Source of the DNA: an uncultured Methanoculleus sp.
Lineage (GTDB): Archaea > Halobacteriota > Methanomicrobia > Methanomicrobiales > Methanoculleaceae
NCBI GenBank assembly: GCA_964651285.1
Contig: CAZYWX010000001.1
Coordinates: 1-39,074, forward strand
Length of the DNA: 39,074 nt
Reading direction: 5' to 3'
Shown here piece after piece: positions 19,257 to 27,953 of this stretch (position 1 is the stretch's first letter; each line of letters begins with the position of its first letter). A program made the position numbers and the translations under genes. The notes below the pieces were generated by a model. The model did not search any database, was not told where the DNA came from, and was given only the letters and a program-made list of their open reading frames with translations.

Positions 19257-20024
19257 GGAGACCCTTCTATCCCCACCCAGGTGAGGTCCTGCTGTTCTTC
19301 GCGGGGATGCCTATCCGGGGGTATGCAGATCCTGACGATCGGAGATGCCGGGGGGCTGGAGCGGATGCTTGCTGGATGTGGCGAGGGTGCCCTTCTTTCC
19401 GGCTCTTCACCACGCGGGAGGGGAGACCCCCGCTCCCGGCCTCGTGACCGCTGTGGTGCGGGATTGGTTGGCTAGAGAGAGATCCTGCTCGGTCATGTAT
19501 GGGTGTCTATCCCCCGCTCCCGGGTCCTTCAAACCCCGGAGGTCCCTGGCGATTTGTGTTCCCATGCGGGAGATCGATCCCATGCCCGGCAACCACCCGG
19601 CGTCTTCCGACTGATCTCGCCCGGGGTGTGTTGTGCGGCCGCGCCGCCGCATGGTCATCAAACCATGCCAGGAGGTCTTTTTTTCTGCCCTCCTCCAGGT
19701 CTCCTGCCGGTTGCCCGGGGCCTCGGAGCCGGGGGTTGCTGTCCTCGATGTTCCTCTGGTTCGTGCGCGACTCGATCCCGGTTTTCTGTTTCCGGTCTGC
19801 CGCCAACCTCGGGACCGCGGAGACCCGGGGCGGGGTCATCCTGCTGCGGCGCAGGCGGACCTTTTCTGTCGGGACCCCCTCAACCTGTTGCTCAATCGTT
19901 GTCGGGGTTTCCCCCGGGAAAAACAGGAACAAGACCCATGATCTGGAGGGTGAGGACCTCCTGGCACCTCCCTTTCATGACTCTCAAACCTTTTCATCTT
20001 TGCGCTCCTATGTAACATAGAGTT

Positions 20025-21053
20025 ATGTTACAGGAGTCGGGAGAAACCCCTGGGGGGACGTTCCTGAGCCAGGGATGCATCCTCTGCTACCAGGGAGCAA
20101 AGATGGTCCTTTTCGTGACCGGACGGTGTCACCGCACCTGCTGGTACTGTCCGCTCTCGCGTGAGCGGAAGGGTCAGGACGTCGTGTTCGCAAACGATCG
20201 GAAGATCCGATCGCCGTCTGACATCATCGAAGAGGCAGAGAACATGAGCGCGCTCGGTACCGGGGTCACCGGCGGCGAACCGCTGCTCGAACTCGACCGG
20301 GTGATGGACTGTTGCCGGCTCCTCAAGGAGCATTTTGGCCCTGACCACCATATCCATCTCTACACCGGTCTTGCGCCAGACGAAGCCACGCTCGGACGGC
20401 TCCAGGGGCTGGTCGACGAGATCAGGCTTCACCCACCCCACGAGTCCTGGCCTCGTATCCTCAAGACCAGCTATGCCCGGTCAGCCATCAGCGCTCGTCG
20501 GATGGGGTTCGCCGTCGGCATCGAGGTCCCGGCGCTCCCCGGGCTTGGAGATCTTGCTGCCGCGTTGCCGCTCCTTGACTTCCTCAACATCAACGAACTG
20601 GAGTGGGGGGATACCTGCGCTGCCGCCATGCGTGAGCGCGGGCTTGAACTCGTGGACGGATTGCATAACGCGGTGAAGGGTGCCCGCCAGTGGGCGGAGG
20701 AACTTCCTGCCGACCCCAAGGTGCATTTTTGTTCCTCGACCTTCAAAGACTCTGTCCAGTTACGGGAACGGTTAAAACGGATCGCTACAAACACTGCGCG
20801 TCGGTTTGACGAGGTGACTGATGACGGGACGATCGTCTATGGGGTCTTCGAGCCTGAAGGGGCGCTGGATGGGTTCCTGGATGGGCTCGATGAGGAGGAT
20901 TACGCGCTCTGCGAAGGGAGGGTCGAGCTGGCGTGGTGGGCGCTTGCCGACCGGGGTGCCGGGGTGCCGGGCAGGAGGTATGTCGTCGAACGGTATCCTG
21001 ACAGAGGTATGGTGGTGGAGGTGACACCGCTCGATGTTGCGAGCCGCGATTGA
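20025..21053 (+). CDS. Radical SAM protein, conserved archaeal family of unknown function
   Basis: GCILCYQGAKMVLFVTGRCHRTCWYCP (CxxxCxxC), TGGEP, HIHLYT, DEIRLHP, NINELE. Confidence 0.88.
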   Translation: MLQESGETPGGTFLSQGCILCYQGAKMVLFVTGRCHRTCWYCPLSRERKGQDVVFANDRKIRSPSDIIEEAENMSALGTGVTGGEPLLELDRVMDCCRLLKEHFGPDHHIHLYTGLAPDEATLGRLQGLVDEIRLHPPHESWPRILKTSYARSAISARRMGFAVGIEVPALPGLGDLAAALPLLDFLNINELEWGDTCAAAMRERGLELVDGLHNAVKGARQWAEELPADPKVHFCSSTFKDSVQLRERLKRIATNTARRFDEVTDDGTIVYGVFEPEGALDGFLDGLDEEDYALCEGRVELAWWALADRGAGVPGRRYVVERYPDRGMVVEVTPLDVASRD

Positions 21054-21825
21054 GCGTCTCTATGAGCGCTATCTGAGGTTACAGGTGATGCATATCCCCC
21101 GGCATATTGCGGTGATCCAGGACGGGAACCGCAGGTTTGCCAGGAATATGGGATTGGATACGGCGACCGGGCACCGACTTGGTGCAGATACCACCGAGAA
21201 GGTCCTTGACTGGGCATGCGATCTTGGTGTGCGCCACATCACCCTCTACGCCTTCTCCACCGAGAACTTCAGGAGGGATAAGGAAGAACTGGAATCGCTC
21301 TTTGCGCTCTTCAAGGAGAAGTTCGCTGCTGTCCTGACCGATGAGCGGGTGCATCAGAGGGAGATCCGGGTGCAGATGATCGGCGACCGGTCGCTTCTCT
21401 CTGATGATATCCTTGAGACGATCGATGAGGTGGAGAAAGCGACGTTGTACTATGCTAATTATTATATCAACGTCGCGCTCGCCTACGGTGGCCGGAACGA
21501 GATCGTGCATGCCGCCCGGTCGATACTGAAGGGGGTGGAGAAGGGTACGATCGATCCAGAGGTGATCAACCCGATGACCGTCGAGAGTCATCTCAACCGG
21601 GGGGCACCGATACCCCCGGTTGACCTGATCATCCGCACCGGCAACGACTGCCGGACATCGAACTTCCTCCCCTGGCTCGCAAACGGGCACGAGTCAGCTG
21701 TTTACTTCTGTGCCCCCTACTGGCCGGAGTTCCGGAAGATCGACCTTCTGCGGGCGGTGCGTGTCTATGACCAGCGTATGCGCCTGAAGGAGGATCTGCG
21801 CTGGCGGTCTCTGGTTGACCGGTGA
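21034..21825 (+). CDS. uppS: cis-Polyprenyl (undecaprenyl) diphosphate synthase
   Basis: HIAVIQDGNRR, TLYAFSTENFRR, AYGGRNEI, DLIIRTG, RTSNFLPW, YWPEF. Confidence 0.95.
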   Translation: MLRAAIERLYERYLRLQVMHIPRHIAVIQDGNRRFARNMGLDTATGHRLGADTTEKVLDWACDLGVRHITLYAFSTENFRRDKEELESLFALFKEKFAAVLTDERVHQREIRVQMIGDRSLLSDDILETIDEVEKATLYYANYYINVALAYGGRNEIVHAARSILKGVEKGTIDPEVINPMTVESHLNRGAPIPPVDLIIRTGNDCRTSNFLPWLANGHESAVYFCAPYWPEFRKIDLLRAVRVYDQRMRLKEDLRWRSLVDR

Positions 21826-21839
21826 CCCGCCCCGCCTGC

Positions 21840-21856
21840 CGTTCTTTTTTTTTCTG
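21840..21856 (+). terminator. Oligo-T terminator after uppS
   Basis: GTTCTTTTTTTTTCT about 20 nt after the stop codon. Confidence 0.55.
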
Positions 21857-22383
21857 ACCGGTCCTGCCACCCTGCCCTTTGATTGGATGGAGGTCTCTGT
21901 CTGGAGGGTTCCTGCTTGACCGCCGGTGTGCTCGAATTCGGGTGCCCTGGGGTGTGTACTCGGTCTTCTGGCATCTGCATCCAGACCCCCGGGTGCCGGG
22001 CAGGATACGAAGATGAGTTCTTCTCTTTCTCGGGCTTTGTTTCCTCCAGGGCTTCTGTGGCGATACCCGCACGGTCGGTCAACCGCACCAACACCGGAGC
22101 GCGGGTCCTTGCGTCCCGGTTTTTTTGGTAGCTCTCAGGACCGGTCGCTCACTCCAGGGCATATCGGGACCGGGCGGGCTCTCGCGTGGTGATGCTCTCG
22201 AATGGTCGTCTCCCGAGGTCTCACAGACCCCCGGAGACTAAAAAAACCTCCGGGCAGGGCCGGTTGCCGCCAGGGTTCTCATCACACCTTCCCCCGCTCC
22301 TGATCGCGATCAACCGCCCCCCCGGGATCCCCCACGGGAAGATCCCGCCCCTGACCGGGGCTGCACCCCTGCAACCGGAGGTG

Positions 22384-22438
22384 GTGATGACAGCGACCGC
22401 CCGGGAGAGGAGATGAAGATACCTACCCACCACTCTGA
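22384..22438 (+). ncRNA. Candidate box C/D methylation-guide sRNA
   Basis: Box C GTGATGA (22384-90), 12-nt guide, degenerate D', C' ATGAAGA (22413-19), 15-nt guide, box D CTGA (22435-38); 55 nt. Confidence 0.5.
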
Positions 22439-22479
22439 CCCTTCCTCTCAAATAGGGGTTACCGAGCCAGAAAAAAGAG

Positions 22480-23049
22480 TTATTCTGCGGGTGGGTTTGT
22501 CATGTAGTGCTGGAGAAGTTCGAGCGCCTCCCACTCCCGGGGTCCGCCGCATTTCCGCGCAAGCGCGGTATGGTGCTCGATCAACCGTCCCAGCCAGGGA
22601 TCGTGGTTTCTGATGTAGCGGGTCGCATGGACCGTTGCGTCGATGATACTGTAAAACCCGCGATTTACCGGGTGGAGCCTGAGCCCGATCACCTCTTCCT
22701 TGACGGGGGTGAGCCTGACGATGATCGCCTCGTCGCTCGACCGTTCCACCACGGCGACGAACGCGGCCCAGGCCTCCACGTCATGGAGGCGGCAGACGAC
22801 CAGCTCGTCGATCTCTTCCCTGACAAACGCCTCCTCCGGCAGGTCCTCAAACGCGGTCCTGACGTAGAGCACCGGGTCAAAGACAAAGTTCGCCACCACC
22901 CAGCGGTCCCTGGCGATGTTCCGGGCGGTATGGCTTCCCCTGAAGAGGACCATGTGCAGGGATCCACTCCGGTTGATGATCCCCATGGGCGCGGCGTTAC
23001 CGTCGGTGGTCGCGATCACCTCGTTGATCCCCCCGGCTAGCAGTCCCAC
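22480..23049 (-). CDS. DUF447 family protein (flavin-binding split-barrel-like)
   Basis: GTG start (MGLLAGGINEVIATT); NAAPMGI, GSHTARN, PVNRG, IDATVHATR. Confidence 0.82.
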   Translation of the reverse strand: MGLLAGGINEVIATTDGNAAPMGIINRSGSLHMVLFRGSHTARNIARDRWVVANFVFDPVLYVRTAFEDLPEEAFVREEIDELVVCRLHDVEAWAAFVAVVERSSDEAIIVRLTPVKEEVIGLRLHPVNRGFYSIIDATVHATRYIRNHDPWLGRLIEHHTALARKCGGPREWEALELLQHYMTNPPAE

Positions 23050-23843
23050 CGCCACCCCTCCCCGAGCGCCACGTAGATCCCGGCGATGGTGATATCGGCG
23101 ATCGAGCCCGGGTTGATCCCATTCCTGATGCATTCGGCGTCAAAAGCCCGGATATCGCGTCCGCCTCGAAGCACCTCGGCGGCGCACCGCATTGTCTCTT
23201 CTGCCACCGCCACCCCATGTTTCTTTGCGATGAAGGTATCTGGTTCAGAGGCGAGGAGGTTGAGGAACGTCCTGACAACGGCTTCCCGTCCATGCCCGTG
23301 TGCGTGGAGCAGGTCTGCGCATCGTCTGGTCAGGGCAAACCCGTTCGTCCACTCCCGGGCGACCATGTCCCGGGGCGCCGAGTAGCCCATGATATCGGCA
23401 AGCGTCATGCCCTGTTCCTGGATCACCCTGACCGACTCTGGATCATTGACGTCCAGGTCGTCGCTCTCCAGCACCCTGACCTGGGTGAGCCCGAAGGCTG
23501 CATAGAAATCGATCGCGTCCTGGACGTCGGTCTCTGCGACAACCTGGCGCGCCCCTGCGATGTCTCCTCCGATGATGAGAGGAAAGAGCAGGATGAACGC
23601 TCCAAAATGGGTGTTTCCTCCCGCATGACCGTTGGTGAGCATAACCGCTTCCCGGATCAGGTTCCCGACCCGGCCTCCGGTCTTCTCGGCTGCCTCAAAC
23701 GCCGGTCGCGCGAGGATGGTCGAGGCCAGAAAGTGTTCCAGCCTGGTATCAGTGTAATCATGACACCGGTCCACGTTCCCGGGTTTTGGGTACGCGCAGA
23801 CCTCGAGCATCATCGCCATCTGGGCGCGTTCAGCCCGACTCAT
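23037..23843 (-). CDS. Triphosphoribosyl-dephospho-CoA synthase (CitG) family protein
   Basis: LEVCAYPKPGNVDR, NTHFG, PDTFIAKKHG, NPGSIADI; start probably MSRAERAQ. Confidence 0.88.
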   Translation of the reverse strand: MSRAERAQMAMMLEVCAYPKPGNVDRCHDYTDTRLEHFLASTILARPAFEAAEKTGGRVGNLIREAVMLTNGHAGGNTHFGAFILLFPLIIGGDIAGARQVVAETDVQDAIDFYAAFGLTQVRVLESDDLDVNDPESVRVIQEQGMTLADIMGYSAPRDMVAREWTNGFALTRRCADLLHAHGHGREAVVRTFLNLLASEPDTFIAKKHGVAVAEETMRCAAEVLRGGRDIRAFDAECIRNGINPGSIADITIAGIYVALGEGWRWDC

Positions 23844-24966
23844 CGCTGATCTTTTCATCAAACAACCTGTGCATGATCTCTTCGGCCAGGCGGTGCTTGG
23901 ACTGCATATACTTCTGCGGCGAGATACCGCTTCTCTTGAGCGTCATGTTCCGAAACATGCAGGGCGAACTGCTCTTGCAACACCAGGCAAGACTCCCAAA
24001 ACAGGTGCTCCGCCCGCCTTCCAGCAGGGTGCCTTCCACCGCTTCCAGTTTGATCTTCAGATAATCTTCCCGGGTGAGCCCGGCTTTCTCGAGGGTCGCG
24101 AGGAGCGGACAGGGCTTCACCGGCATGCAGCAGAAGGCGAGCGCCCTGATGTCGCCGCCGCGGCAGAGCTGTTTCGGGGCGTTGTACCACCCGCATTCAT
24201 CAGCGTAGCGGGTGATGGCCGCATCCAGCTCTGAGAGGGTCCAGGGATCTGATCTCCGGGCGAGCGAGACGAGGTCTGCACCATGAGAGAAGGCATCCAT
24301 CGCACGCTCAAACGTGGTGATCGAGTTGTTGGCGATCAGCGTCAGGGGACAGGCGTTCCTGATCTGGCGGACCTTGCTGTGCCCGTAGTCCATCAGGTCT
24401 ATGTGGAGGATGTCAGCCCCCGCCTTCCAGATCGCTCGGGCAAGATCGCGGTCGTCGGCGGCGACACCGGCCCTGATCTTGACCGAGACGGTCACGTCCT
24501 CACCTTTCAGGGCGCGGATGATCTCGACGAGCCTTGCCGGGCGTTTTAGGAGAGCCTCGCCGCATCCTGCCTCGATCATCGGTTGCTGCCGGCAATGAGC
24601 ATCGATCTCGTAGACCACCCGGTCCCCGAAGGCGCTGGCGACCCTGGCGTAGGCGGCGGGGGTCACCCCGCGGAGGTTGATCCCGGTCACCACGTCGCTC
24701 TGTTGCAGGGCATTAATCTGCTGTTCCAGTTCTTCCAGAGGGTCGTCATACAAAAACTCTTTTCGGCCCTCTTGTGCCATCTGCCGGCTTGCAGCAATGG
24801 TTGGGGCGTCGATGGAGTAACCGCCGATGAAGGCGACCCCGACGTGAGCCGCCCTCTCCTGAACATAACCTGCATCCACGACCCCTGCCATGGATGCAAG
24901 CGCTATCGGTGTTTTTACGACCCGATCGTTTATGAGGAGTTCAAAACGATCATATGCTTCCATCAT
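23830..24966 (-). CDS. Dus-like TIM-barrel protein fused to a Cys-rich methanogenesis marker 9-like domain
   Basis: ALASMAG, EIDAHCRQ..M...GCGEALL, SVKIRA, IANNS, SLAR; C-terminal CRGGDIRALAFCCMPVKPC...TCFGSLAWCCKSSSPC. Confidence 0.85.
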   Translation of the reverse strand: MMEAYDRFELLINDRVVKTPIALASMAGVVDAGYVQERAAHVGVAFIGGYSIDAPTIAASRQMAQEGRKEFLYDDPLEELEQQINALQQSDVVTGINLRGVTPAAYARVASAFGDRVVYEIDAHCRQQPMIEAGCGEALLKRPARLVEIIRALKGEDVTVSVKIRAGVAADDRDLARAIWKAGADILHIDLMDYGHSKVRQIRNACPLTLIANNSITTFERAMDAFSHGADLVSLARRSDPWTLSELDAAITRYADECGWYNAPKQLCRGGDIRALAFCCMPVKPCPLLATLEKAGLTREDYLKIKLEAVEGTLLEGGRSTCFGSLAWCCKSSSPCMFRNMTLKRSGISPQKYMQSKHRLAEEIMHRLFDEKISDESG

Positions 24967-25313
24967 GCTTCTCCATTCATTGGTGGTGGGAGAGGATATT
25001 GATTGTGTCGGATCCGGGGAGGTTGCACCCGCCGTTGGAATGGCAGGGAGCGCGGCAGAGCCAGAGTGCCCCCATTAATGTTCCAGGAATGGTCTTTTGG
25101 GTACCTGGGAACCACCCGGGGCAATGGTCTGGTGGCGAGAACATCAGGCAGGACGGTCGGCATACCTGTCTGTTCTGGTTTGCAGGCTGGCAGAGGATCG
25201 GTTGATACCGGGGAGCCTTCCTCCTCGCACGTATCCTGTCTGATAGATGGGAGACCGTGCCCTTAAAAGAATCGGTAGTTATTTTAATTGTGTATCGTAT
25301 TACCTTGTACTAT

Positions 25314-25721
25314 ATGACCAAAAAAGGAATGTTACTGGTAGGGCACGGAAGCAAGCTCCCCTACAATAAAGAACTGGTCGAGACCACCGCAGAATTCATC
25401 GCTGAAAAGACCGATGAATTCGTCGTCAAACCCGGGTTCATGAGTCTCAACACACCCACGGTCGAGGACCAGCTTGAGGCGTTCAGGAAGGAAGATATCG
25501 ACCTTCTGGTCGTCGTCCCGCTCTTCCTCGCGCGCGGTGTCCACATCAACCATGACATCCCCGAGATCCTCGGCCTCCCTGAGGGTGCCCGGACAGGGAC
25601 GTTTGAGATGAACGGGAAGACGGTGCCGCTCGTCTACGCCGATCCCATCGGGAGCGATCCTCTCCTTGCCGAACTGATGCTGAAGAACGCGTCTGCAGCG
25701 ATCGCTGAACTGAACCGCTGA
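25314..25721 (+). CDS. cfbA: Sirohydrochlorin nickelochelatase
   Basis: Start MTKKGMLLVGHGS; PLFLARGVHINHDIP; probably leaderless after TTTTAATT (25282). Confidence 0.92.
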   Translation: MTKKGMLLVGHGSKLPYNKELVETTAEFIAEKTDEFVVKPGFMSLNTPTVEDQLEAFRKEDIDLLVVVPLFLARGVHINHDIPEILGLPEGARTGTFEMNGKTVPLVYADPIGSDPLLAELMLKNASAAIAELNR

Positions 25722-25726
25722 CGACC

Positions 25727-26884
25727 ATGCGGATCCTGGTGCTGGATACCATCCATGGTGGGGTTGAACTTGCCCGGGCACTCCGTGGATCCGGCCACCA
25801 GGTGGACGAGGTGGACGTCTACCGCGGGGAGGCCGGCATCCCGGTAGCGACGGCGCTCGCCCGGACCTATGATCTGGTCACCGCTCCGGTCCATCTCGAC
25901 CCGGACCACCCCCTTCTCCGGCGGCACGGCCCCGCGTTCTCACACCACGAGATGGTGGGCTGGGTCATCAGGCGGCATCGGCCCCGTCCTTTCATCGAGA
26001 TCACCGGAGCGCGGGGGAAGACCACCACCGCCCACGCCCTCGCTTCACTCCTGCCCGGTCCGGGCATCCTGCATACATCGACCGGGACCTATCGCTACCC
26101 TGAGGGAATCCGGCTCTGGAAGCGGAGCATCACGCCTGCTTCCCTGATCCCGGCGGTGCGTGAAGCCTGGCGTATCGGGGGCTGGTTGGTCGCCGAAGAG
26201 TCGCTTGGGGTTACCGGTGTCGGGGATGTGGCGGTGCTGACGTCGCCTGACGACTACCTGATCGCGGCAGGCAAGAAACACGCGATCACCGAGAAGTGTC
26301 GGCTCCTTGCCCGGGCACGGGCCGTGGTCCACCCGCCCGGGATCGACCTCTCCGGGAGGGTGGTGGCCGCCGATACTATCGTCTCCTGCGATGGCCCGGT
26401 CTGCCGGTATGCGTGGAACGGGATCGCCGGGACCTTCACAAACCCGCTCTGCACCCTTGCGGGTTACCGCACGGCGTTTTCGCTTGCGGCGGCGACCGCC
26501 TGCCTCCTTGGTCTCGATCCTGCGCCGCTTGCAGAGTTTGCCGCCCTGCCCGGGCGGATGGCAACCTGGTGGGAGGGGGACCGACTGATCGTGGATAACG
26601 CGAACAGCGGGACAAATATGGCCACCACCATCGAGGCCGCCCGTTACGCGCGGACCCTCGCGGGGGAGGGGGCCCTGACGCTTGTCATCGGCGAGGAGGC
26701 CCGGGCGATCTGCGAGGGGTTCTCGGCTGAGGATATCGCCCGGACGGTATCGGCCGTCGAGCCGACGGCGACCGTCTATGTCGGGGAAGGACATGATGCG
26801 GCCACTCTCGATGCCGGGCTTGACCAGGCCCGCAAGATCACCCCCGCGGGTTCTATCGTCCTCGCGGTCAAGACATGGAGATAG
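25727..26884 (+). CDS. cfbE: Coenzyme F430 synthase (Mur-ligase-like)
   Basis: VLDTIHGG, APVHLDP, IEITGARGKTTT, SITPA, EESLG, DNANSG. Confidence 0.9.
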   Translation: MRILVLDTIHGGVELARALRGSGHQVDEVDVYRGEAGIPVATALARTYDLVTAPVHLDPDHPLLRRHGPAFSHHEMVGWVIRRHRPRPFIEITGARGKTTTAHALASLLPGPGILHTSTGTYRYPEGIRLWKRSITPASLIPAVREAWRIGGWLVAEESLGVTGVGDVAVLTSPDDYLIAAGKKHAITEKCRLLARARAVVHPPGIDLSGRVVAADTIVSCDGPVCRYAWNGIAGTFTNPLCTLAGYRTAFSLAAATACLLGLDPAPLAEFAALPGRMATWWEGDRLIVDNANSGTNMATTIEAARYARTLAGEGALTLVIGEEARAICEGFSAEDIARTVSAVEPTATVYVGEGHDAATLDAGLDQARKITPAGSIVLAVKTWR

Positions 26885-26888
26885 AATA

Positions 26889-27953
26889 ATGCAGTACATT
26901 CAACCAAGACCGAGTTCTATTGTGGCAGCGCTCTACACCGCCCGCGACCTGGGCGTGGATCTGGCTATCCTCCACGGGCCGTCAGGCTGTTCGTTCAAAC
27001 ATGCCCGTCTTCTCGAGGAGGACGGGATGCGGGTGTTGACGACCTCGCTTGGCGACAACGAGTTCATCTTTGGCGGGCACGAACCGCTCGTGCGGGTGCT
27101 TCGCTACGCCGAACAGGAGTTTGCACCCCGCAGGATGGCGGTCATCGGGACCTGTGTTGCGATGATCATCGGCGAAGACCTCGAGTCTGCCATCCACGAC
27201 GCCGGGGTCACCACACCGACGATCGCCGTGGAGATCCATGCCGGGTTTCGGGAGAACATCGATGGCGTGATCGCGACGCTTGAACCGGCCGCCGCTGCCG
27301 GCTGGATCAGCGAGGATGAACTGGAACGCCAGCGCTACCACCTGGGGATGGCAAACGAGGTGGAACGGCTGCGGGGGGCGGCGTCCAGGAGTTATATCGA
27401 GCCTTCGCGCGGCGACCTCAAACACGTCGTCGCAAAACGTCTCGTGGACCTTGCCGACGGGGGCGCCAGGGGGGTTGCGGTCCTGAACGCGAAGAAGGAG
27501 ACCGCCTATATGTTTGCCGATGAACTTATCGCCCTCTACGATACCTGCCCTGACGCCGCGATCACCTACCTCGCAAACCTGGAAGACCGCGGGCTCCCGA
27601 AGGTCCGGGAGGATGCCGCCCGGATCCTTGCCGGGTTGCAGGAACGGGGGGTCGACCCCGAACTCGTCGGGGCGCTGGACGAGTACGGCGCCAACGGCAC
27701 CGCGGTGGGGAAACGGCTCCAGGAACTTGCGCCCGACTTTGTCTTCATCGTCGGGGTGCCCCATGCTATTCCCCCTGAGTACACGGATGGAATCGAGTGT
27801 TTCTCGGTCACGAACGGTCCCCGACAGGTGGCACCGCTCCGTGACCTGGGCCACCGCCACGTCGTGGTCGAGATCGACCTGCACCCAAAGACCCTGGGCG
27901 TCCGGGAGATCATCGAGAGCGAGTTCGGGGCGGTCCTGCGGAGCATGCGATGA
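26889..27953 (+). CDS. cfbD: Ni-sirohydrochlorin a,c-diamide reductive cyclase, catalytic (NifD-like) subunit
   Basis: MQYIQPRPSSIVAALYT, HGPSGCSFKHARLLEEDG, GTCVAMIIGED, TNGPRQ, DLHPKTLG. Confidence 0.93.
   Translation: MQYIQPRPSSIVAALYTARDLGVDLAILHGPSGCSFKHARLLEEDGMRVLTTSLGDNEFIFGGHEPLVRVLRYAEQEFAPRRMAVIGTCVAMIIGEDLESAIHDAGVTTPTIAVEIHAGFRENIDGVIATLEPAAAAGWISEDELERQRYHLGMANEVERLRGAASRSYIEPSRGDLKHVVAKRLVDLADGGARGVAVLNAKKETAYMFADELIALYDTCPDAAITYLANLEDRGLPKVREDAARILAGLQERGVDPELVGALDEYGANGTAVGKRLQELAPDFVFIVGVPHAIPPEYTDGIECFSVTNGPRQVAPLRDLGHRHVVVEIDLHPKTLGVREIIESEFGAVLRSMR

Noticed and set aside
19281-20020. ORFs of 64-173 aa in the spacer
   Set aside because: Pro/Arg/Gly-rich, open in several frames, no SD or motif
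25275-25303. NikR operator at the cfbA promoter (GTA-N23-TAC)
   Set aside because: Only one good half-site (GTATTAC); symmetry and spacing are poor
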